A program made the position numbers and the translations under genes. DNA of 15,258 nt from Styela clava (taxonomy: Eukaryota): positions 21,510,199 to 21,525,456 of the forward strand of contig NC_135254.1 in NCBI RefSeq assembly GCF_964204865.1. The letters run 5' to 3'. Positions 9,701-15,258 of this stretch are shown one piece after another; the first letter of the stretch is position 1, and each line of letters opens with the position of its first letter. The notes below the pieces were generated by a model, which did no database searches, had not been told where the DNA came from, and worked only from the letters and a program-made list of their open reading frames with translations.

Positions 9701-12700
9701 AGAGTGAGAGAAGGAAAACCAAGTCCTATTGTGAGTTAAATATTATGTTTTATATTTGGCAAAAGACAAGGACGCCCAATCTTTTCCACTGAGGGTTGAA
9801 ATGCACATTGATAGACATCTGGGCTTAATGAATCCAATTCAGGGTTATTTTATAAATTTATATCAGTCCCAAATGAATATTGTATGGAAAATCTTATGCA
9901 GTTGTTGTGTTAAACCACACTACAGATAAAAAAAGATGCAGCCGATATTCTGCATGTCTTAGTTTGTACACCCAATAGACAGCTTGTATCCATTCATACA
10001 ACATCAGTTTTCCATGACCACATGATGAATCTATTGCATGGAATAATTTTACTTTTAAGATTCGATGGTATAGGGGAGAAAGTAATGCAATTTCAAAGTT
10101 GAGCACATCATGGGATCATGCACATTTTGATCAAACAATCACAAACCTTCGGGCTAAGGTTGACAATACAGGAGGATATTGGTGTGAAGCGGTTAACACT
10201 GCTGGAAGAGCAAGAAAGAATTTTACTATTGACGTTCAAGGTACTGATTTAAATTGATTTTTTTTTATTCCATTCCCCGTTTCTGTACTTCTTGTGATTG
10301 CATTATGATCGCGATCAATTTTTTGTGCAAATATCCTCTAGTTGATCATAGGTTCAATAAATTGTGAAAAGCCAGAAAAACTACTAAAACATTACTGCAC
10401 AATCAGTTTTGTTACATTCCACTTTTTCTGAATAGTTGAGAGCATGCCAATATCTCAGTTTAATTTATTTTAGTGTATTTGCTTGTCATTTACACATTAT
10501 GAAATTGTTTAATACCTGATTCACAAACAAATTCGCCAATTTTAAATTAGCTTATCTTGTGTTTTCAGTGAAACCTTACATTGATGGAAATGAAAGGGAA
10601 AACAAAAATGTGATATTGGATAATGATGTATCATTTACCTGCAAAGTTAGTGGAGTTCCGAGACCAGAAATTACTTGGACAAAAGATGGAAATCCTATAT
10701 CATATGATCTTAATGACAAATATGGAACAGAAAAAATAGGTGTGTTGTATTAACAAATTCAAATTTAAGGGTAGCCTACATTTGGATGAAAGGGAAATAG
10801 GCACTCGGTCACAATTACTGATTAGAAGATTGCTGGTGTGAATATAATAAAGTTTTATTTTCAGGAACCAGCAATGATTTGTAATAGAAATTTCAATACA
10901 GTAAATCGGCAAAAATATCTTGATAATTTTTATAAATGACTTGATATTAAAATAATTGTCGTCATTCATGATAAGGTATTGGAACCTACATACTGACTGT
11001 AAATGATGCACAAGATGATGACAAAGGAAGGTATACATGCATAGCAACAAATGATGCTGGACAAGATTCTAAAGACTTTGATCTAGATGTTTATTGTAAG
11101 TTGTTACACTTCAAATGCATCGGTTTTGCCAAGATGCTTAATAATAACATTTCTATCTAATGAATTCCAGTGCCACCAACACATGGTGGTGATGGCATTT
11201 TCAATATCACTGTTCTTGAAAACAATGATGCAGAATTATTTTGTGATGTCGAAGCTTTTCCCAAACCAACAATCAGATGGTATAAAGATGGACAGCCAGT
11301 TATATTACCAAGAGAAGTGTTGGATAGCTTGGAAGATTACAGAATTTTACCAATAAAAAAGGCTCAAGTAACAAAATTTATTTAAATTCAATTTGATATG
11401 ATGTTGCATACTATTACTTTAATAAATAAAGTACACACATAGACTGATACTTTCAAAGGTTGTTAGAATTTTATTCCTCTTCATGATGAGTAACCTTTAG
11501 CATCAATGACAAACTGCATGGTAACAAGCATTTGGAATAGGGCAGACTCACAGTTGTTTTGAGGTTCCGAAAAGTTAGAAGATAGGAGAGAATTTGCTTG
11601 ACGTCTTGCTGTTTTACATACCAGTTGATTGGCTACAGCTTTTTTAGTCAATCAAGCCTATACAAGCAATTGAAGGATTCACTGATCTCATAACAAGCCT
11701 GAACCGTAACCGATCAAGAATGCTTTGTCATATGCCTAAACCAATTCAAGTTTCATCTCATCATTTCCCTGGGATTAAAATTACAATCCTGTTCAATTCT
11801 CACCAGTGTTATATTTGGGATAGCTATTATCCGATGTACGTGTATTGACCTCCATGCTGGTCACTAAAATCAACCTTGGTATAATTTCTATACTTGAAAT
11901 TATAATAATGTAAGTTTAATAATGTCATAAGTTTCCAAAACTTTATTACTGGGTTTGGCAGATTTCTGATGCTGGACTATACAAATGTGAAGCAGAAAAT
12001 GTTGCTGGAATAACTGAGAAAAACTTCAGATTGAACGTTCATTCAAAACCCAAAGTTTTTGGACCTACAGTCGATGACATAACGAAATGTAATTTTGTTT
12101 TCTTTGAGCAAATTATGTATGAAGATAAACAAATAAACCTAGGTTTAGTCATTTAGGGATTAACTAAAATATACCTAAATTAATTAAATAAGAACAGAAA
12201 ATTTTTATTTGGGTTACTATTCTTATCTACAAACCTGGATATTGAAGACTAGTATAATGAGTAGCAACTATCTTTAACTTGATGAATTATTTTACTCTTA
12301 TTTGTCATTTTTAAAATCAACATCATATTTTGGACATTGTGATTAATCTTTCCACGATAATTAACATTATTAATTCAATTCAATTCATTTGTTAGTGGTT
12401 GGTGATAGAATTGATATGGTTTGTGATATCCGTGGTGTACCTGCACCTACTTTATCATGGACTAAGAATGGACAACCTTTAGTTATTGACGAATCCGAAA
12501 TGACTCTATTATCTGGATCAAAGATTTTGCGTATTTTTGCAGCTGAGGTATAAATTTAAATGTTCACCATTTGTTTTATTTAATGATTTCACATTTATAC
12601 TTGATTTGAATTTTTGTTTATTTGAGTAGTATAGTTGATTAATAGCGATGTTAGTAGAGCTTGTAAAAGCTTGCCTGAAAATATCTATCTCTGGTTATAC

Positions 12701-15258
12701 ATAATGTTACAAAAATTGATCCAATAAAATGTGCTGCAAGACTTTCGCATTACAAATTTTAAGAGTAGCATTGTTAATTATCTGTGAAATGCTGATGAAA
12801 ATTGTTTTAGATTACAGCAATATGTTAAATGTTATGTTCTGTAAAACACTAATCAAGATTAAACAAGATTTTTTGAGACGCGTTTGCTCACTTTGCAGCG
12901 TTCTTGTATTTTTCGTTATTTGGTATTCTTTGTTTTTTAGCTTAGTGATACTGGACAGTTTGAATGTCATGGAATCAATGTTGCAGGAAGAGCAGTAAAA
13001 TCTTTTGATGTAACTATCCATGAATCATCAAGAATACTTGGAGATCCGCATGAGGTATGTTATCTAATGAAATATTTTCAATTGTTTGCCATCATTATCT
13101 TTATTCAACTATATCCAGCCAAACGTCTGCTTCTTCTGACAAAACCTGTTTGTAAACCTTTTGTATGTATTTAAATTAAATCTAACAGTCACAATTTCCA
13201 TTAGGGGTTTGTTAACCATGTTGAATTCACAATGTTGTCTGCTTCCTTTCGATTATATCCATGGTCATTATTTTAACTGGAATATGTCTACATTATAATT
13301 ATATTATATTGAAAAATGAATCTTTATTTTTCTCTCTACAGATGCATGATGTTAACAAAGGTGATACTTTTACTTTGGAATGCTTGGTATCTGGAACTCC
13401 AAGACCAGAAATAACTTGGTTTAAAGATGGTCATGAAGTTCACACAGACTCGAGGTTAGTAGGTGGAAATTTCATAACACCAAACATGGAATTTGTGTGG
13501 AATTTAGGAATGTTTTGTATTGAACAAGAAATATGAATAGCACTTTTAAGTTGATGAACTATATGCAGTGAGATAAAGATATTATTTAATTGGATTATTG
13601 GATTGTTTATAATGAATTGTTTCTTATTTTTTGATGTAAAGAACAAAAATGAGAGAGAATAGAAGATATTTAATTGTAAAGAATTCACATGAAGCAGATG
13701 CAGGAAGATATGTTTGCAATGCCTCGAATGTTGAAGCCTATGATACCAAAGCTTATACAGTAAATGTGCGAGGTAACTATGTACTTTTGTGTACAGATGC
13801 TAAGTAAGATAGAGATCTTTGGTATCACTGAGAGCCCTCTTTGAATCAGTTCATTTAGATTGCAGCCATGCTATAACACAAATGTAAATTTATATTTATA
13901 TTCACTGCTTGTTATGTATGGAATCTTTCATTTTATAAAGGTTTTATTTAAAACTAGCAAAAGGTTTCGATTATCCATATGTTCTTATTATGGTTTCATG
14001 AAATATCAAATCACAATTGGCTTATTTACGAAAAAGCTTTTATAGATCAATAATCTACAGATTTAATTGATAATATATTCTATTTATCAAGTTCAAAATA
14101 ACAAACTTTGATCAATTATTGTGTTCCAATTTCAGTACCACCAGCTATTGAAGATGGACCTAATCGAAAGTGGGTTAAAGAAGGTCATAACATAAATTTA
14201 ACTTGCAATGCAGTATCTAATTCTGCTGTTCAAATTCAGTGGTTATTTGAAGGAGAACCCATAATACCTTCTAGTTTAGCAAGGCCATCACCTCAAGGAA
14301 AACGACTGATGCTTTTCAATGTTCAGGTATATTCTGCATCTATTTCCATTAAAGCAAGATATTTTTGCTATGAAACTCTCATGAATAGGTCAAAGTCTGA
14401 ATAGGGCTTTTAACAAATGAAAACCTATAAGTACTGGTACATTGTTTTTTGGTAATCTTTCATCTTTATACCCTCGATGAGATGGTGTTAATGCTTAAAG
14501 TGCTTAGGTCCAACATGCAAACCATGAGGTTTATGATAACCATTACTCATTTCTTTACTGAGTGTTAATCTAATGTAAACATTTTCAATTGTTTTGCAGC
14601 GAGAAAAAGCTGGTCAATACACATGCAGAGCCACAAATGCGGCAGGTTCAGATGACCGGAACATAATTTTGGACGTCTATACCATACCTGTTATCACTGA
14701 CAGTGATACTATTGACACATACAATGTCACACGATCTGAATCTGTAACATTAGAATGTGACGTTTCTGGATTTCCTGAACCTACTATTGAAGTTTGTTTC
14801 AATTTGTATTATCTAGTAATTAAATATAAATAGAATTAGAAACAAAATTTTTTTTGTTTGCAAATGATTGAAGTTCATTTGAAAGATAGTAATGCCTTTG
14901 TTTTATTTCATTTGAAATAATCATATATGGCAAGTAATCACCTGATTAAATGAATTGTAATACTTCTCAGTGGTAAAATAAAAACTGTTTGCATAAAGTT
15001 TTCAATAATCACGAAATGCTATTTTTCCTTTTTTCCTTATTCAGTTTAGTGGACTGTAAATTTGACCATTGTCCTATTTATGCCTTATCTTTTTGCAGTG
15101 GTTGAAAGATTTCTACCCAATATTTTTCCACGAAGATGGTTCAGCACAGACAGGAAGTTATGAAATTCAAAATGGGGGGAGACTGTTGACTTTATTTAAT
15201 GCACAGGTTTTCGATGAAGGAAAGTATAAATGCAGAGCAACTAATGAAGCTGGGTTTG
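562..15258 (+). CDS. Partial multi-exon eukaryotic gene for a tandem I-set immunoglobulin-repeat extracellular protein (hemicentin/fibulin-6-like). At least 26 coding exons lie in the window and the gene is open at both ends.
   Basis: 26 exons with canonical AG acceptors and GT donors. Their phases chain into one uninterrupted reading frame. The conceptual protein is about 13 full Ig modules. Each has Cys(B strand)...[IV]xW[YFL]K[DN]G...L.I......DxGxYxCxAxNxxG...[LV]xV. Modules join directly at V|PP. Family call from motif recognition, no search run. Confidence 0.85.
1174..1343 (+). CDS. Exon 2: Ig module C-terminal half
   Basis: Acceptor tttgtcatAG|a. ag+a gives R, then WFHNGEELTGDELDIDIASNGSLLLYSVDGDDSGSYKCEAENNLGKVDIETKITVY. 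Donor acg|GTaaga, phase 1 out. Confidence 0.8.
1786..1922 (+). CDS. Exon 3: Ig module N-terminal half
   Basis: Acceptor cttttgcAG|aa. Peptide (E)PPEITDAGDTTRLWVFEGQSVSMFCYATAVPKPTITWYKVESSDR. Donor gacagg|GTagat, phase 0 out. Confidence 0.8.
2206..2337 (+). CDS. Exon 4: Ig module C-terminal half
   Basis: Acceptor tgcattgtttAG|att. Peptide ILNNEVDHINILGDGDILNITRARVSDTGRYYCAAANVEGKSYK. Donor caaa|GTatga, phase 0 to 0. Confidence 0.78.
2714..2855 (+). CDS. Exon 5: Ig module N-terminal half
   Basis: Acceptor tttgctcttcAG|ttc. Peptide FYELDVYVLPSIDGSDEVDRSKVILGNDFTLECPVTGIPFPTIRWFK(G). Donor caaag|GTacag, phase 1 out. Confidence 0.82.
3228..3389 (+). CDS. Exon 6: Ig module C-terminal half
   Basis: Acceptor ttatttattcaAG|ga. 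Peptide (G)LHEISVEDEGMLIDNRGQSLTVLNSELEHDGEYTCVADNAVGEADKDFDVSIL. Donor cttg|GTaaat, phase 1 to 1. Confidence 0.82.
3935..4007 (+). CDS. Exon 7: short exon, start of next Ig module
   Basis: Acceptor tctgtattttttAG|tt. Peptide (V)PPTIAGDDMTHTIQVTRYLAIEC. Donor aatgcag|GTacta, phase 2 out. Confidence 0.78.
4388..4602 (+). CDS. Exon 8: rest of Ig module
   Basis: Acceptor ataatcttcAG|g. ag+g gives R, then ASGIPKPTLSWYKDGRTVAIINNDLEEGPQTLDNGRYLEFSRIRVEDEGVYKCVATNEAGSDDKTHTVNVQ. Donor caag|GTgact, phase 1 out. Confidence 0.82.
5107..5295 (+). CDS. Exon 9: Ig module N-terminal two thirds
   Basis: Acceptor aactcattttcAG|ta. Peptide (V)PPKFSGDDIPANVSVVEGEDITLTCYASGDPPPTITWLKNGVLIKDGGRFSISDSGTFLTIN. 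Donor aata|GTatgg is the only in-frame GT before the TAA at 5310; phase 1 out. Confidence 0.72.
5465..5657 (+). CDS. Exon 10: end of one Ig module plus start of next, with no intron at the module boundary
   Basis: Acceptor ttttttgtattAG|at. a+at gives N, then AAQSDRGQYTCRATNDVGVITQNQFLDVLVPPRISGNNENIVIEKGDPVALDCVISGNPKPKI. Donor ataag|GTttgt, phase 2 out. Confidence 0.78.
6302..6471 (+). CDS. Exon 11: Ig module C-terminal half
   Basis: Acceptor atcaacatttgcAG|a. ag+a gives R, then WEKDGLPVLANDRISFDFDKQRLIIRNSDETDTANYTCTASNIIGSDSKGFKLDVH. Donor catg|GTtggt, phase 1 out. Confidence 0.82.
6571..6722 (+). CDS. Exon 12: Ig module N-terminal half
   Basis: Acceptor tgattcttttatAG|tt after a 99-bp intron. 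Peptide (V)PPVVRPFDQDVYEVIEGEKIQITCVVSGIPQPIVRWLRDGSVIARSKYFK. Donor ttcaag|GTtgga, phase 0 out. Confidence 0.8.
6776..7000 (-). mobile_element. GC-rich tRNA-derived SINE-like insertion, or a tRNA pseudogene, in the intron between exons 12 and 13
   Basis: Block of about 50% GC in an intron of about 28% GC. Minus-strand reading contains GGTTCGAATCC, the Pol III B-box / T-arm consensus (plus-strand gggattcgaacc at 6905-6916). About 75 nt upstream on that strand is an A-box-like TGGCGCATCGTG. A clean cloverleaf could not be folded by eye, so it is called SINE-like rather than tRNA. Boundaries are approximate. Confidence 0.4.
7485..7611 (+). CDS. Exon 13: Ig module C-terminal half
   Basis: Acceptor ttgtttgatctacAG|ttg. 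Peptide LREDGHTLVIQNADVGIHEGRYTCSAINDAGEDEQDLTVSVL. Donor ttga|GTgagt, phase 1 out. Confidence 0.8.
7793..7804 (+). repeat. G12 homopolymer tract
   Basis: tgtgtGGGGGGGGGGGGcagtgc read directly. It is unusual in an AT-rich intron and lies about 160 bp upstream of the MITE. Confidence 0.9.
7966..7980. repeat. 5' terminal inverted repeat of the hAT-like MITE
   Basis: TAGTGGTCGGCAACC; its reverse complement occurs at 8796-8810 with 14 of 15 bases matching. Confidence 0.7.
8796..8810. repeat. 3' terminal inverted repeat of the hAT-like MITE
   Basis: GGTTGCCGACCACTG, followed immediately by target-site-duplication copy GTCTATGT (8811-8818). Confidence 0.7.
9624..9730 (+). CDS. Exon 14: Ig module N-terminal part, after the 2-kb intron
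   Basis: Acceptor ttcttcttttcacaaAG|tt. a+tt gives I, then PPSIYGQEKTVNKIVNEGNEVGLECRVREGKPSPI. Donor ctatt|GTgagt, phase 0 out. Confidence 0.75.
10060..10240 (+). CDS. Exon 15: Ig module C-terminal part
   Basis: Acceptor ttttacttttaAG|att. Peptide IRWYRGESNAISKLSTSWDHAHFDQTITNLRAKVDNTGGYWCEAVNTAGRARKNFTIDVQ. Donor caag|GTactg, phase 1 out. Confidence 0.78.
10569..10739 (+). CDS. Exon 16: Ig module N-terminal two thirds
   Basis: Acceptor tcttgtgttttcAG|tg. g+tg gives V, then KPYIDGNERENKNVILDNDVSFTCKVSGVPRPEITWTKDGNPISYDLNDKYGTEKI. Donor aatag|GTgtgt, phase 1 out. In-frame TAA at 10751 limits the exon. Confidence 0.72.
10976..11095 (+). CDS. Exon 17: Ig module C-terminal third
   Basis: Acceptor cattcatgataAG|gt. 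g+gt gives G, then IGTYILTVNDAQDDDKGRYTCIATNDAGQDSKDFDLDVY. Donor tatt|GTaagt, phase 1 out. The Trp-to-Cys spacing of 41 residues matches the other modules. The acceptor is the least certain boundary in the window. Confidence 0.6.
11171..11367 (+). CDS. Exon 18: Ig module N-terminal two thirds (75-bp intron upstream)
   Basis: Acceptor tctaatgaattccAG|tg. t+tg gives L, then PPTHGGDGIFNITVLENNDAELFCDVEAFPKPTIRWYKDGQPVILPREVLDSLEDYRILPIKKAQ. Donor ctcaa|GTaaca, phase 0. The end is chosen so that ...LPIKKAQ|ISDAGLYKC rebuilds the L.I..AQ.SDAG.Y.C motif. Confidence 0.68.
11962..12088 (+). CDS. Exon 19: end of Ig module plus start of next
   Basis: Acceptor actgggtttggcAG|att. Peptide ISDAGLYKCEAENVAGITEKNFRLNVHSKPKVFGPTVDDITK. 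Donor gaaat|GTaatt, phase 1 out. The alternative donor at ctag|gtttag (12141) would add non-Ig sequence and is disfavoured. Confidence 0.68.
12396..12547 (+). CDS. Exon 20: Ig module middle
   Basis: Acceptor caattcatttgttAG|tg. t+tg gives L, then VVGDRIDMVCDIRGVPAPTLSWTKNGQPLVIDESEMTLLSGSKILRIFAAE. Donor gctgag|GTataa, phase 0 out. Confidence 0.78.
12941..13054 (+). CDS. Exon 21: Ig module C-terminal third plus inter-module segment
   Basis: Acceptor ttctttgttttttAG|ctt. Peptide LSDTGQFECHGINVAGRAVKSFDVTIHESSRILGDPHE. Donor catgag|GTatgt, phase 0. Confidence 0.75.
13342..13454 (+). CDS. Exon 22: Ig module N-terminal part
   Basis: Acceptor tttttctctctacAG|atg. Peptide MHDVNKGDTFTLECLVSGTPRPEITWFKDGHEVHTDS. 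Donor ctcgag|GTtagt, phase 2 out. Confidence 0.78.
13642..13772 (+). CDS. Exon 23: Ig module C-terminal part
   Basis: Acceptor ttttttgatgtaaAG|a. ag+a gives R, then TKMRENRRYLIVKNSHEADAGRYVCNASNVEAYDTKAYTVNVR. Donor cgag|GTaact, phase 1 out. Confidence 0.75.
14136..14326 (+). CDS. Exon 24: divergent Ig module N-terminal two thirds
   Basis: Acceptor gtgttccaatttcAG|ta. g+ta gives V, then PPAIEDGPNRKWVKEGHNINLTCNAVSNSAVQIQWLFEGEPIIPSSLARPSPQGKRLMLFNVQ. Donor ttcag|GTatat, phase 0. Confidence 0.78.
14600..14791 (+). CDS. Exon 25: end of Ig module plus start of next
   Basis: Acceptor caattgttttgcAG|cga. Peptide REKAGQYTCRATNAAGSDDRNIILDVYTIPVITDSDTIDTYNVTRSESVTLECDVSGFPEPTIE. Donor attgaa|GTttgt, phase 0. 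Confidence 0.78.
15099..15258 (+). CDS. Exon 26: Ig module continuation; exon runs off the window end
   Basis: Acceptor ccttatctttttgcAG|tgg. Peptide WLKDFYPIFFHEDGSAQTGSYEIQNGGRLLTLFNAQVFDEGKYKCRATNEAGF... Confidence 0.75.

Noticed and set aside
10700-11050. Minus-strand ORF of 116 aa antisense to exons 16-17
   Set aside because: It is antisense to well-supported Ig-coding exons and intron sequence. It has low complexity and an AT-rich codon bias typical of random ORFs in AT-rich DNA.
12089-12142. Alternative, longer exon 19 using the donor at ctag|gtttag (about 12141)
   Set aside because: It would add ...CNFVFFEQIMYEDKQINL, which has no Ig character and breaks the module seam. The donor at aaat|GTaatt gives the expected ...DDITK|LVVGDRIDMVCD.
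12729-13021. ORF 12729..12998 (+) and ORF 12812..13021 (-) around exon 21
   Set aside because: The plus ORF is mostly intronic and in a different frame from the Ig-coding exon 12941-13054. The minus ORF is antisense. Neither has domain-like content.
1-15258. Looked for a prokaryotic system: operon-like ORF arrays, CRISPR repeats, defence-island features, IS elements
   Set aside because: No direct repeats with regular spacers, no ribosome-binding-site or operon organisation, and no long uninterrupted ORFs. The sequence is AT-rich with GT-AG introns and phase-compatible exons of one Ig-repeat gene. The window is metazoan nuclear DNA, so no novel bacterial or phage system is present.

Overview
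This window is eukaryotic (metazoan) genomic DNA, not a prokaryotic locus. The evidence is AT-rich sequence, GT...AG introns with pyrimidine-rich acceptors, and exons whose phases join into one long open reading frame. Nearly the whole window (562 to the 3' end) is the interior of a single very large +-strand gene. Twenty-six exons encode about 13 complete and 2 partial tandem I-set immunoglobulin modules. Each module carries the conserved Cys, then [IV]xW[YF]K[DN]G, then DxGxYxCxAxNxxG, and modules abut head-to-tail (...V|PP...) with no linkers or Fn3 domains. That is the architecture of hemicentin (fibulin-6)-type extracellular-matrix proteins. The family assignment rests on motif recognition only; no database search was possible. 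The gene continues beyond both window edges.

Introns of 75-2012 bp carry several insertions. The clearest is a roughly 845-bp non-autonomous hAT-like MITE at 7966-8810 with TAGTG/CAGTG (YARNG) termini, 15-bp terminal inverted repeats and an 8-bp target-site duplication. There is also a GC-rich tRNA-derived SINE-like insertion at about 6776-7000 on the minus strand, containing a GGTTCGAATCC B-box. Other GC-rich intronic islands may be older transposable-element remnants. Smaller items are a 24-bp tandem repeat at 116-173 and a G12 homopolymer at 7793-7804.

The supplied six-frame ORF track uses ATG/GTG/TTG starts, bacterial style. It splits the real exons into fragments and adds many spurious intronic or antisense ORFs. 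I see no CRISPR array, operon, defence island or other prokaryotic system, and no evidence of a second gene. The points worth a second look are the hAT MITE, the heterogeneous intron positions and phases across the Ig repeats, and a few divergent Ig modules.
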